A DNA stretch of 64,000 nt from Bdellovibrionota bacterium (GCA_963668355.1 OY764265.1:2752001-2816000), one strand, 5' to 3'; positions 1 to 10,162 are shown, counted from the stretch's first letter. Notes: generated from the letters alone by a model not told the origin. Numbers and translations: made by a program.

Positions 1-1119
1 TTTTTTCATCTGACGGAGACTGAAAGGAAATCTCTCGATGAAGAAATCGAAAAAATTAGAAATCGAGATTATCTTTCAGAGATTGTGGTCATTTTCAATG
101 AGGTCTTCGAAGTGGAGAAGGACACCCAAAATTTTCCGCTTCTCCTTCAGGTGTATACAGACGCAATCGGAAACTTCATGGACAAAGGGGAACTGGGAAA
201 AGCATCGACCTGGTTAAAGTCCCTGCGAGCGTCCCAGATGAAGATTGGCCAAACCAACTTAGATGCTCATGAACTCATCGAAGAGGAAATTTCAAGAATC
301 GCTTCTTCCGAACGTTTGGCCAACCTCGGCAAACAGGTCGCAGAAGGAAAGTTCACAAACCCAAAAGAATGGGTCACGTTGTTTTCCTATTTAGGAGAAA
401 AAGCTGCTGCGTCCATTTGTGAATTCCTGTCACATGTTCCTCAAGAATCCATTCATGAATCGGTTCGAACCTTCCTGATGGAACAAGCCAAAGGGCAAAC
501 CGACGTTTATTTAGCCTACCTTAAAAAGGCGCAGTGGCAGATTGTTCGAGACATGGTTCGAATCTTGTCTTCGCTATTGGATGCTCAAGTTCTTTCCACC
601 GTGTTCAAGCATGTCGCGATTCACCCCGCTCCAGACGTCCGTTCAGAAGTCCTCCGCCACATCTCCAAGTATTCACCGGACTTTCGAGCAAACCTTCTCA
701 AACGGGGGATTTCAGATTCTTCAGAGTCGGTTCGGGCACTCTGTTTCGGCATCATCGTCCGAGATCCCATCCCAGAGTTGGCCAAAATCATCGCCGAACA
801 AGTTCCCAAACCCGATTTCCTTGAGAAAACCGCTAATGAAAAACGAGTTACCTTGCTTGCGCTGGCGCAATGTGGAGGAACAGGAACCCTCAAATTTTTG
901 AACGAAATTGTAGAGGATTCGGGGACCACGCCAGCTCACGATGAACTTCGAATGGCTGCGTTACAAGCCATTGCGGCAGTTCAGGACCCCAAGGCCGACG
1001 AAATCTTACAAGATTGGGCAAAAAAAAGTTTTTTTCAGAAAAGTCTTCGAGATGCCGCACGACGTCTTCTGGAACGACGAACTCCGATTCCCCAACCCGA
1101 AGAGGAGCGTGAAAAATGA
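1..1119 (+). CDS. HEAT/PBS-lyase repeat protein (5' partial; frame is open from base 1)
   Basis: Helical repeats such as HPAPDVRSEVL, DSSESVRALCF and ELRMAALQAIA; stop overlaps the start of the HD-GYP gene. Confidence 0.75.
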   Translation, partial: FFHLTETERKSLDEEIEKIRNRDYLSEIVVIFNEVFEVEKDTQNFPLLLQVYTDAIGNFMDKGELGKASTWLKSLRASQMKIGQTNLDAHELIEEEISRIASSERLANLGKQVAEGKFTNPKEWVTLFSYLGEKAAASICEFLSHVPQESIHESVRTFLMEQAKGQTDVYLAYLKKAQWQIVRDMVRILSSLLDAQVLSTVFKHVAIHPAPDVRSEVLRHISKYSPDFRANLLKRGISDSSESVRALCFGIIVRDPIPELAKIIAEQVPKPDFLEKTANEKRVTLLALAQCGGTGTLKFLNEIVEDSGTTPAHDELRMAALQAIAAVQDPKADEILQDWAKKSFFQKSLRDAARRLLERRTPIPQPEEEREK

Positions 1120-2603
1120 CCGAACAAGAGCTCACGAAATCTTCTGGCCCCCGAAACCATGAAGACAAAATCATTTTGAATCAGATGGGAAGAAAATGGC
1201 TGATCTCATTCTTTTCCCTCCTTCGAACCGTAAAAATTCATACGCCAGACAATGAGATTTTTACCGCTCCCATCAAAACACTCCACGAAACCGGCCAAAA
1301 AATTTTCGATTTAGATGGCAAGGCCGATTTTCGTGTCTTGGAAGATCAATTTTTTCTAAACAATCTTTGGGTGAAGCCGGCTCTATCCGAACGAGAACAG
1401 CTCTATCAATTGGCCAATCACCTCAAATCCAACGACATGGGAGGGATTTCCCTTCGAGCCAATCCAAGTGAGTCAGACTGGCGAAGCTTCCTGGGAGCCA
1501 TTCGAAAAGTCAACGCCCCTTTAAAAGAGCGTGTTGCTGAAATGAACCGTGCACTGGCGGAAGCCCGAATCGAACAAATTGAAATTCTTCGACTCTTGGT
1601 ACTCAAAGACCAGAACGAAGAAGTTCTTCCACTCCCTGCCCTGGTGTTCGCGGGGGTCAAAGCGTATTCCAAATGTCTCATGGTTTTGAAAGAATTTACG
1701 CTTTCAACGCCGGGAGAAGAACAGGTCGGAGCCATTCGAAAGGCTCAACGAACCATCTGCGAGATGGTCGAAATGGCAGAAAAAACGCCCAAGCTTTTCC
1801 TCCTCCTCTCTCTTTTGAAAAACTTCGATTCCTATTTCTTTCATCACGGCGTGAATGTCTGCATCCTCTCTTTGGCAACCGGCGTTCATATGGGAATGAA
1901 ACGAAAAGAATTGGTCGATTTGGGGCTCGCAGCCCTCCTTCATGATGTCGGAAAGCTTCTTTTACCCGAAGAGCTTCTGAACAAACCCGAAGACCTTTCC
2001 GAAGACGAATGGAATCGAATTCAACACCATCCCATCGATTCGGCAAAATCCTTCATGACACTCGGGTACATCAATGAGTCTGTCGCCGAAAGAATCTTGG
2101 TGGCTTATCAGCATCACTGGGCCTCCGGATCTCCAAAGTCTTACCCTCAACCCCGGCGTCCCATGAATCCGAGTCTGATGTCGAGCATTGTTGCTGTCGC
2201 CGTAACGTATGATGCCTTGACCACGCCCAAGAACTACCGAGATTCGTTCGCTCCCTATCAAGCCATACGAATTTTATCCTCTCAGGCAAAAAAGGGGTTT
2301 TACAAAAATGAAATCATCAAAACTTTCCTCAATTTAATGGGACCCGCGCCTTGTGGAAGCTGGGTAAAACTCGACTCAGGAGAAATGGGCTTGGTGGCTG
2401 TGGGAGGATGTCACGCGCCCCGGACCCACTTTCCTCTCCTATTCGTTCCCAAAGAAAAAGGGAGCGGAGATTGGGTAAACACAGCCGAAAACAACCCGAA
2501 GACCGGACAACGCCCCCGACTTCTCTACATCAAAGAAAATCGACCCCACACCTATGGTGTTTTAGGGAGCCTTTTCAACTCCGGCGACGGCCAGATTTTT
2601 TAG
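1116..2603 (+). CDS. HD-GYP family protein with degenerate motifs
   Basis: HHGVNV, ALLHDVGK, HHP and YDALTT..YR motifs; canonical HHExxDGxGYP reads HHWASGSPKSYP. Confidence 0.85.
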   Translation: MTEQELTKSSGPRNHEDKIILNQMGRKWLISFFSLLRTVKIHTPDNEIFTAPIKTLHETGQKIFDLDGKADFRVLEDQFFLNNLWVKPALSEREQLYQLANHLKSNDMGGISLRANPSESDWRSFLGAIRKVNAPLKERVAEMNRALAEARIEQIEILRLLVLKDQNEEVLPLPALVFAGVKAYSKCLMVLKEFTLSTPGEEQVGAIRKAQRTICEMVEMAEKTPKLFLLLSLLKNFDSYFFHHGVNVCILSLATGVHMGMKRKELVDLGLAALLHDVGKLLLPEELLNKPEDLSEDEWNRIQHHPIDSAKSFMTLGYINESVAERILVAYQHHWASGSPKSYPQPRRPMNPSLMSSIVAVAVTYDALTTPKNYRDSFAPYQAIRILSSQAKKGFYKNEIIKTFLNLMGPAPCGSWVKLDSGEMGLVAVGGCHAPRTHFPLLFVPKEKGSGDWVNTAENNPKTGQRPRLLYIKENRPHTYGVLGSLFNSGDGQIF

Positions 2604-2609
2604 ATCGAG

Positions 2610-4106
2610 TTAAAAACTTGAAGCCAACTCGATGAACGTTCTCACACCGAATCCCGTTCCTCCTTTCGGAGAAATGGGCAATTCATATTCCGGATACGCA
2701 GGACCGGCGATGTCCAAATGGGCCCATGAAGAACAATCCACGAATTCTTCCAAAAACAGTCCAGCGGTGATGGCTCCGCCCCAACGTCCACCGACGTTCT
2801 TTAGGTCAGCCACTTCGCTCTTTAAGCTCTTCAAATAATTCTTTTCATTGGGAAGCACCCAAAGCTTCTCTCCAACTTCATCGCCTGCGCTTCGAACACG
2901 CGTAGCCAGTTTTGGATTGTTCGTAATGATGCCCGCAATCTCTTGCCCAAGAGCCACAACACAAGCTCCGGTCAATGTGGCGGCATTCAACACATCATCC
3001 ACTTTCAGTTCTTTGGAATAAGAAAGTGCGTCAGCCAAAATGAGTCGCCCCTCGGCATCCGTATTTTCAATTTCCACACTCTTTCCGTTGTACCCTTTCA
3101 CGACATCTCCCGGTCGAATGGAGTGCGCGCTGGGTAAGTTTTCAACGATTGGCACCAAGGCGTGGACATGAACGGGCAGCTTCAGTTTTGCAATTCCCCA
3201 GATCGCTCCTAGAACAGCCGCAGCACCAGCCATGTCCGTTTTCATCCCATACATAGCACTTTGAGGCTTGAGGGATAGTCCACCACTATCGAACGTGACG
3301 CCTTTTCCCACCAGGGCAATTTTTCGTTTGGCTTTCTGTTTGGGACGATATTCCAGGTGAACCATTCTCGGTCGCACATCACTTCCCATTCCAACCGCCA
3401 AAATGAGATTCATCCCTCTCTTTTTGAGCTCCGCCTCTGAAAGCAACTTGAAGGTCAGTTTCTGATCCTTAGCAAGGACTTCGGCTTTTTTGGCCATGGT
3501 TTCCGGATTCACGATATTGGCTGGCTCATTGACCAGATCCCTGGCAATGAAGGTTGCCTGCGTACAAGCCACCGCCCTTTCTACGACGGTTTCCATCTTG
3601 CGTTTTTGGCGCACATCCCCAACCAGCACAGAAATCGATTGAAATGTTTTTTCGGGGTCTCCACCTTTCAAATGGGGAAAAAACCGATACGTCCTGAGTA
3701 GGAAGCCTTCCAGAGCGGCATCAAAGTGGTTTTCGATTTCTTTCCCTTGTCCGAGGGGGAGCGAAACCTTGAGCAATTTTCTCTCCTGGATCGCCCTACA
3801 GGCCCCGGCATAAGCATTTCGGAAAGCATCTCGCGAAAAATTCTTCTTTTCACCCAACCCAACAAAAAGAATGCGTTTAAAAGACAGATCGAAGAAATCA
3901 CACCAGAGGGTCTTTCCGTCCTCTCCTTCAAATCCATTTTGTTCCATGGCTTTTTTCAAAGCGCCCTTTAGAAATCGGTCCATTTCCTTAAAAGGACTCA
4001 GCAAGGGAGTTTTTTGAAAAATGGGGACCACGAGCACATCGGCCGCTTCCGTCAATAGAGGTTGCTTCAACACGGTAGGATTTGGGAAAAGACTATTTTT
4101 CATCAT
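2610..4106 (-). CDS. pepA: Leucyl aminopeptidase (M17)
   Basis: GKGVTFDSGG, MKTDMAG and NTDAEGRL signatures. Confidence 0.95.
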   Translation of the reverse strand: MMKNSLFPNPTVLKQPLLTEAADVLVVPIFQKTPLLSPFKEMDRFLKGALKKAMEQNGFEGEDGKTLWCDFFDLSFKRILFVGLGEKKNFSRDAFRNAYAGACRAIQERKLLKVSLPLGQGKEIENHFDAALEGFLLRTYRFFPHLKGGDPEKTFQSISVLVGDVRQKRKMETVVERAVACTQATFIARDLVNEPANIVNPETMAKKAEVLAKDQKLTFKLLSEAELKKRGMNLILAVGMGSDVRPRMVHLEYRPKQKAKRKIALVGKGVTFDSGGLSLKPQSAMYGMKTDMAGAAAVLGAIWGIAKLKLPVHVHALVPIVENLPSAHSIRPGDVVKGYNGKSVEIENTDAEGRLILADALSYSKELKVDDVLNAATLTGACVVALGQEIAGIITNNPKLATRVRSAGDEVGEKLWVLPNEKNYLKSLKSEVADLKNVGGRWGGAITAGLFLEEFVDCSSWAHLDIAGPAYPEYELPISPKGGTGFGVRTFIELASSF

Positions 4107-4143
4107 GGTTTTCTATCCTGACGACTTGAAAAAAAAAGTCCAC

Positions 4144-4171
4144 TTGACAGTGCTTTTTCCTGCGGTATAAG
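4144..4171 (+). promoter_or_regulatory. sigma70-like promoter
   Basis: TTGACA-N16-TATAAG. Confidence 0.55.
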
Positions 4172-4177
4172 CCGAGC

Positions 4178-4341
4178 GATTTTTTCGAATTCGAGCTTCA
4201 ACGAAGGCCAAGAACGGATTTTGAGGTTGTGGTTGATCGAAATTGCGATGGATTTTTCTTGTCGCTGAACTCCCCGCCTTCCGAAAAGCTCGATTTTTTG
4301 AAAAGGGGCTTGAGAACTGCTTCTCAGGCCCCTTTCATTTT
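4178..4341 (+). ncRNA. Candidate structured small RNA (long bulged hairpin plus terminator)
   Basis: Lies between the promoter at 4144 and the terminator at 4300; TCGAGCTT/AAGCTCGA, CGAAGGC/GCCTTC(C)G and CAAGAA/TTCTTG pair in nested order. Confidence 0.45.
4300..4341 (+). terminator. Intrinsic terminator-like hairpin
   Basis: AAAGGGGCTTGAGAA-ctgc-TTCTCAGGCCCCTTT followed by T-rich sequence. Confidence 0.65.
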
Positions 4342-4515
4342 CTCGTTTTCCTTGACTTAGTGACATATGTGACGCACTCTATCGGAGTGATGCCCCCTTG
4401 CCGCACACCCCTTCGGCAAACAGCTATAATCGTTCAACTCATCGATAATAAAGGAATTTATTTCTTAATTAACATATTGCGTTATCTTTGCTTTTTTCGT
4501 TATAATACGCGCGCC

Positions 4516-5688
4516 ATGCCAAAAGGCTTTCAGACTTGGGATCTACACGTCCCGAATCATTTTTTCGCTGGGACGTTTGGGCTCCTTTCTCTTTTCATCT
4601 TCGGCTGCTCCGGACACACCCCCACCGTTAATCAAGAAGCCTTAAACAAATTCAAAGCGGCTCAAGCCCAACTTTCCGGTCCTTTTGATGGAACTCGAAC
4701 TTCGGAGACTTCCCCAAATCCTACGGAACCCGTCTGGGCTGCGCCCCAAAATACTGACCCAGATCCAGAGACCAAGAACGACTCCACCAAGGCTGCGGAA
4801 AAACCATCTTCCGGGTCCGAACCTTCCGAAGACGACCCCTCGACGGATCCCAATCCCAAGCTTTCCCAACCCCCAGAAGGATATTTATCTACGCGTTCCT
4901 TTCTTGGCCCTGCCGGCCCCGTTTTCCAAAACATTTCCATCCATGAAAACATGTCGGCTGTCTTGGGCATTGATGAAATTCGGCCGGTCATTTTCATTCC
5001 TCCCGCCAAATATCAAGTGGGATTCATTCGACGGGGCTCCGGAGATGTCACGCTTCAAACATATAAATATGAACAAATCGGAGATACTTTCCAATACTGC
5101 GACTCCGTGTCCGGTCAGTGTTTCAAACTTCCCTCCAACAAATCTGAAAAACGCAGTTTAGAGTTGGATTTGAATTGGACCGGACGAAAAGTCCCCTTAG
5201 TCGCTTATCGTAGAGGGACAACCGAAACGCCAAGCGACACCCATCCGCTCGACTTCATTCTCATCAAACACGATCCAAATTACGAAGGTGCCGACTACGC
5301 AAATGTTTTTGATTACGAAGATCCGCCTTTGCAATGGAAAGCTTTCCTCTTTTCCAAAGGATTTAAGAGACTGGATCGCGTCTACAATACGGCCGACCTA
5401 TGGTTTCGGTCCACGGGTGAGCGCGACGAGTATCAAATCGACATCAAACGCTTTGAATCCAACACGAACCCCGGTCCCTGGAAGACATTGCGCGTAAATG
5501 TAAGGGACGAGCTTCCCTGGAAACTTGCCCAACCCACAAAGAACACAAAGGGAATGGAGATTTACCTTTCGGAGAAAGATGAAAAATTATCCATGACCGG
5601 AAAAGTGTTTTACCCAGATGGCTCAGAAGTTTGGTTTATCGCCTTCCCTGAGACGACTTTGATGACCCTCGCTTACGCCGAAAAATAA
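4516..5688 (+). CDS. Hypothetical lipoprotein with Pro/Ser/Thr-rich linker
   Basis: Probable ATG at 4516 just after TATAAT (4501); hydrophobic stretch plus lipobox-like IFGC. Confidence 0.6.
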   Translation: MPKGFQTWDLHVPNHFFAGTFGLLSLFIFGCSGHTPTVNQEALNKFKAAQAQLSGPFDGTRTSETSPNPTEPVWAAPQNTDPDPETKNDSTKAAEKPSSGSEPSEDDPSTDPNPKLSQPPEGYLSTRSFLGPAGPVFQNISIHENMSAVLGIDEIRPVIFIPPAKYQVGFIRRGSGDVTLQTYKYEQIGDTFQYCDSVSGQCFKLPSNKSEKRSLELDLNWTGRKVPLVAYRRGTTETPSDTHPLDFILIKHDPNYEGADYANVFDYEDPPLQWKAFLFSKGFKRLDRVYNTADLWFRSTGERDEYQIDIKRFESNTNPGPWKTLRVNVRDELPWKLAQPTKNTKGMEIYLSEKDEKLSMTGKVFYPDGSEVWFIAFPETTLMTLAYAEK

Positions 5689-6994
5689 CACGTAGGGGCA
5701 ACCCCTTCATCTGACAATGTTCCTGCAAGGCATTCGTCCAATATCTTTCATACGAGGGGTCAATCCATCGAGGATCATTGCACCAAACAAAAAACCGACT
5801 CGCGAAGTCAGGATCCTGAGACAAGCCAGAGAGACGAATCCGATGAGATCGTTTTCCTTTCGGAGGATGTTCACCCAAAATCAATCGAAAAACCTCTTTG
5901 AGTTTTGCGGGCTCAAAGAACTTGCTTTGTCTTCGGTGAATGGCTTTGGCCTCATTTAGTAACGTATCTACAGACATCCCGGTTTTCGCTGAAACAAATC
6001 GAACCACAGCAAAACTCAAAAACGGCGCCTTGAGATACAATTCTTCTCGAAATTCTTGGCGATTTCTCTGAGAATCTCGAACCAAGTCCCATTTATTCGC
6101 GGCAACGCAGAAACCTTTTCCCTGCTCTAAAGCCAGAGCCACAATGCGCTCATCCTGTGTCGTCATTGGGCTCGTGGCATCCAAAACCAAGATGATGACA
6201 TCTGCACGTTCCACACTTCGAAATGAGGTGGCCGCAGAAACCTTTTCTACGCCATCTTGGACTTTAAACTTTCGTCGAATTCCAGCCGTGTCTAAGAGTA
6301 GATATCGATGACCTTCTACCTCCGCTTCAACATCCACAACGTCTCTTGTGGTTCCCGCAATCTCCGTGACCGCCAAGCGCGGTTCATTCAAAATGGCGTT
6401 GATCAAGGAAGATTTCCCCACATTGGGCCGCCCTATAAATGCAATTTTGCTCGTCTCTCTGTCAGGTTCGGATTCCACATCGGCAAGAAGCTTTCCTTTC
6501 AATTCCAAGCCCAATGCCTCTCGAAGAGACTCAACACCAATGCTGTGCTCAGCAGACACTTCGAAGACCTCGGACATGCCCAGTCGAAGGAATTCATCAA
6601 AAGCTTCCTTCTTGGAACCCGGATCCGCCTTATTAATCACCAACAAACTCTTAGTGCCTGTCTCCCGCGCCCTCTTCACCACAATTTCGTCGGCATACGT
6701 TAAGCCTTCTCGACCATCCACGACCACCAACAATAGATCGGCTTCCTTCATGGCTTGATCAATTTGCGATAAAACTGCGGCGTCAAGCACATCGCTTTCT
6801 TCGACCAAGAACCCTCCGGTATCCACCAAACGGGCTTGACCGCCCTCCAATGAGAGGGTTTCAGAAATACGATCCCTCGTAACCCCTGGCCGATCGTGAA
6901 CAATGGCGCGCCGTCTTCCAACCAATCGATTGAATAAGGTCGATTTGCCAACGTTCGGCCGTCCTGTAATGACAATGGTGGGAATCATGCTCAT
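5636..6994 (-). CDS. der: Ribosome biogenesis GTPase Der/EngA
   Basis: Two G-domains (GRPNVGKS twice, DTGG/DTAG, NKAD/NKWD). Confidence 0.95.
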   Translation of the reverse strand: MSMIPTIVITGRPNVGKSTLFNRLVGRRRAIVHDRPGVTRDRISETLSLEGGQARLVDTGGFLVEESDVLDAAVLSQIDQAMKEADLLLVVVDGREGLTYADEIVVKRARETGTKSLLVINKADPGSKKEAFDEFLRLGMSEVFEVSAEHSIGVESLREALGLELKGKLLADVESEPDRETSKIAFIGRPNVGKSSLINAILNEPRLAVTEIAGTTRDVVDVEAEVEGHRYLLLDTAGIRRKFKVQDGVEKVSAATSFRSVERADVIILVLDATSPMTTQDERIVALALEQGKGFCVAANKWDLVRDSQRNRQEFREELYLKAPFLSFAVVRFVSAKTGMSVDTLLNEAKAIHRRQSKFFEPAKLKEVFRLILGEHPPKGKRSHRIRLSGLSQDPDFASRFFVWCNDPRWIDPSYERYWTNALQEHCQMKGLPLRVIFRRKRGSSKSSQGRR

Positions 6995-7740
6995 TCGTCT
7001 TCTTTGGAAATTTTTTTCTCTTCTTTTTCTGCGCGCATGGATTGCAAGGCAATATGGGCGGCCTGTTGTTCGGAAGCTTTCTTACTCTTGGCTCGACCTC
7101 GGCCATACACCTCTGCGTTGACCTGAACTTCGGACTCAAACGTCTTGCTGTGGTCTGGACCTTCCTCCAAAACGAGATGATATGTGGGGGTCGTGTTATG
7201 CACCCGTTGCGTAAACTCCTGCAACATCGTTTTGTAATCATGCTTCTCATAATGTTTTTCCACATTCTCCAACAAATCACGCATGGAAAAACGAATGAAC
7301 GTTTCAACGTCCCCAATGCCCCCCTCTTGGAAAATGGCGCAAAGCAAAGCCTCAAAGGCATTGGCCAGGAGAGAATCCTTTTTTCTTCCCTGCGTAACTT
7401 CTTCGCCTTTGCCAAGACGCAAAAAAGGACCCAGATCGATTTTTCTCGCCGACTTTGCCAAACTTCGTTCATTGACCAACGTCGATCGATATCTAGAAAG
7501 CGTCCCTTCGCTTTCTTCAGGAAACTCATCCATCAACCAAGAACTCACCGTAAGCTGCAAAACTGCGTCTCCGAGAAACTCCATACGTTCATTGTCCGAA
7601 AGTCCCTGCCCCGAATGTTCATTGGCATACGAGCGATGGGTCAAAGCTGTTACAAAGAAATCTTTCTGGTGAATGGGGTGCCCCAGGACCTCTTCGATTC
7701 GGTTCAATAAATGCTCTATGGGCTCAGCCGTTGTTTCCAT
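6991..7740 (-). CDS. rnc: Ribonuclease III
   Basis: NERMEFLGDAVL signature; C-terminal dsRBD (DYKTMLQE...SKKASEQQAA). Confidence 0.97.
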   Translation of the reverse strand: METTAEPIEHLLNRIEEVLGHPIHQKDFFVTALTHRSYANEHSGQGLSDNERMEFLGDAVLQLTVSSWLMDEFPEESEGTLSRYRSTLVNERSLAKSARKIDLGPFLRLGKGEEVTQGRKKDSLLANAFEALLCAIFQEGGIGDVETFIRFSMRDLLENVEKHYEKHDYKTMLQEFTQRVHNTTPTYHLVLEEGPDHSKTFESEVQVNAEVYGRGRAKSKKASEQQAAHIALQSMRAEKEEKKISKEDE

Positions 7741-8996
7741 TACGCCACCACTCCTTCCACTACATCTCCTTCATGTTTCAGCAATCTCACGTCCACCAAT
7801 CTTTCCATCAGACGATCAGGCCCCTCCATTCGAACCGGGATGTATTGTGGGGTATAACCACACAGACGTCCTTTCGCATCCCGACGTTTCTCGACCAACA
7901 CGCCCTGCTCCATACCCAAAAACCGAGACTCAAAAGCCATCCGTTTCTTTTTTCCCAAGGCTTGGAGAATATTGACGCGCTCCCGTTTGACTTCCGAAGG
8001 CACATCATCCTTAAAGTTTGCGGCCCGTGTTCCTGGCCGTGGAGAGTAACGAAATACATGCAAATAGGTGATGGGAAGATCTTCAATCAATTTCACCGTT
8101 TGTTGGAAATCCTGCTCCGTCTCACCCGGAAAACCGGCGATCACATCAGAGCCGATGGACATATCTGAGCGGGCTTGGCCCAATGCCATCACCCGATCCC
8201 GAAAGTTTTTCACCCGATGCTTTCGGTTCATTCTTCGAAGAACCTCATCGCTTCCACTTTGCATCGGGACATGAAAATGAGGCTGAATATTAGCCCTTTC
8301 CCGGACCAAACGAATCAAATCCGGAGAAAGAGTCGTTGGTTCCACCGAACTGACCCGAAGGGCCATTTGAGGAAACGCATTCATCAACTCGCGAAGCGCT
8401 TCAGAAAGTTTTTTCTTCGGCGTGAGATCTCGTCCATAAGCCCCCAAATGAACTCCTGTCACGACCACTTCCTGGTATCCCGTTTCAGCATATGCCTGCA
8501 TTTGGGGAATCAATTCCGAGACCGGGATCGACCGACTTCTTCCCCGGATATAGGGAAGAATGCAAAAGGCGCAATAAGCATTGCATCCATCCTGCATTTT
8601 CAAGTAGGCCCGCGTCTGCTCGCCAAATTTCTCAATGATTTCAGGAGCCTTCCCGGCAATGGGAAGTCCCATTTTTTGGGGAATTTGGAACTGGTTGGCC
8701 ATGGGGACAACTTCCCGAACCCCAACCATGGATCGATATCGCTCTGGATCGGCTTCAGAAGAACAGCCCGTGACCAGAATCTCGGCATTTGGATGTTCTC
8801 GATGCAATTTTCGAAGAAGTTGACGGGCCTGCCGATCGGCTGAGGCCGTTACGGCGCAGGTATTCACAATCACGACATCAGGCTCAGTTTCGGCATTCAC
8901 CTGAATCTCAGGTGCCTTCCGGAGCTGCGCCTCGATCGCTACCGTGTCGGCCTTATTAACTTTACAGCCGAAGGTATACGTCCGAACCACCTTCAT
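7740..8996 (-). CDS. mtaB: tRNA methylthiotransferase MtaB
   Basis: TFGCKVN, NTCAVT, QDGCNAYCAFC radical SAM motif, HVFRYSPRPGT. Confidence 0.9.
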   Translation of the reverse strand: MKVVRTYTFGCKVNKADTVAIEAQLRKAPEIQVNAETEPDVVIVNTCAVTASADRQARQLLRKLHREHPNAEILVTGCSSEADPERYRSMVGVREVVPMANQFQIPQKMGLPIAGKAPEIIEKFGEQTRAYLKMQDGCNAYCAFCILPYIRGRSRSIPVSELIPQMQAYAETGYQEVVVTGVHLGAYGRDLTPKKKLSEALRELMNAFPQMALRVSSVEPTTLSPDLIRLVRERANIQPHFHVPMQSGSDEVLRRMNRKHRVKNFRDRVMALGQARSDMSIGSDVIAGFPGETEQDFQQTVKLIEDLPITYLHVFRYSPRPGTRAANFKDDVPSEVKRERVNILQALGKKKRMAFESRFLGMEQGVLVEKRRDAKGRLCGYTPQYIPVRMEGPDRLMERLVDVRLLKHEGDVVEGVVA

Positions 8997-9102
8997 TTGG
9001 GTGCCCTCTTATAGAGATTTCTCAACGCAATCAAGACCTAGATTTTCAAGCAAAAACGAACTTATTACCCTTCACCCCGGCATTCCGTTAGAGTGGGAAT
9101 TC

Positions 9103-9627
9103 ATGAAGAAATGGGTCGGCATATTTGGAGGCAGTTTTGATCCCCCTCATTTGGGACACCTCCTGGCTGCGGTCTACGCCCTGAAGGTATTTGAATTCGA
9201 TGAGGTCTGGCTCGTCCCGGCCTTCCGTCACGCATTCGCGAAAGACCTCTCTCCCTTCAAGCATCGGGTGGATATGTGCAAGCACCTAATGTTATCTCTC
9301 GGAAATCAGTTCAAAGTATCTGAAATTGAGAAAGAAACCGACAGCGACGGAAAAATGCTTCTCACCCTTAAGGCTTTGAAAAAAAAGCATAAGGACAAAG
9401 CGTTTTCGCTGATTGTCGGATCTGACACGCTTAAAGATCGAGACCGCTGGTACAAGTTTGAAGAGATTGAAAACAGCTTCATGGTGTTCGTGGTCCCCCG
9501 AACCGGAAGCACCGATTCTCCCTTTGCCATTCCCAATATTTCGTCCACAGAAATCCGAAGTCGCCTAAAAAAAGGCCGCCCTTTGGGAGACCTCCTCACA
9601 CCCGACGTAGCCGGTTTAGTAAAATAG
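9103..9627 (+). CDS. nadD: Nicotinate-nucleotide adenylyltransferase
   Basis: GGSFDPPHLGH and ISSTEIR motifs; ATG at 9103. Confidence 0.9.
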   Translation: MKKWVGIFGGSFDPPHLGHLLAAVYALKVFEFDEVWLVPAFRHAFAKDLSPFKHRVDMCKHLMLSLGNQFKVSEIEKETDSDGKMLLTLKALKKKHKDKAFSLIVGSDTLKDRDRWYKFEEIENSFMVFVVPRTGSTDSPFAIPNISSTEIRSRLKKGRPLGDLLTPDVAGLVK

Positions 9628-9629
9628 AC

Positions 9630-10136
9630 TTAAAACCTCGGACCCCCTCTTTGAAACTGAAAAGACTTGGATTTCGGAAACCTCTTAATGTGCTTCATAA
9701 TTCTCCGTATATTCTCTCCCTCAAAGAGCAAGGGCTTGGGGAAAAATAAAACGCCAGGATAAGAGGCCCGAAGTTTCCGGTCATATATAGGGTTTCCTAG
9801 CCGAGCACTTAAGACAATTACGGGCTTGTCCGGTTTCCAAGTCTTAAACCAATCTAGAAGCTTGAAACCTAAAAAGGGAGAGTCCGGGTGAAAACCGTTC
9901 TCTTCCAATTCTTTCGGGTGAAAAATCAGATCAACAAAGACGACATCAAACAGAGCCAAATCCACATTTCCATTAAAAATGGGCTGAGGCGTCTCCAAAT
10001 GAGATACGACCCAATCCTCCTGCACAAAGGCCATTGACTCAGCATTGAGGATATCGTCATCAATCACCAAAACCCGCAGACGACCCTCATCTTGACTCTC
10101 GCCACTCAAATTAAACGTCTTCAACACAGCTTTCAC
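9630..10136 (-). CDS. Stand-alone response-regulator receiver protein (paralog of 11603..12082)
   Basis: VLVIDDD, VVFVDL, VIVLSA and FPKP receiver motifs. Confidence 0.75.
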   Translation of the reverse strand: MKAVLKTFNLSGESQDEGRLRVLVIDDDILNAESMAFVQEDWVVSHLETPQPIFNGNVDLALFDVVFVDLIFHPKELEENGFHPDSPFLGFKLLDWFKTWKPDKPVIVLSARLGNPIYDRKLRASYPGVLFFPKPLLFEGENIRRIMKHIKRFPKSKSFQFQRGGPRF

Positions 10137-10162
10137 TTATTTCCAGCACTTAATGTGTAAAG

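Noticed and set aside
4243..4515. N-terminal extension of ORF 4243..5688
   Set aside because: It runs through a terminator hairpin and promoter-like AT-rich DNA; the lipoprotein signal fits the ATG at 4516
7042..8843. Long antisense and alternative-frame ORFs (e.g. 7042..7710, 8175..8843; similarly 26091..26789 and 55385..56032)
   Set aside because: They shadow well-supported genes and have no recognisable motifs
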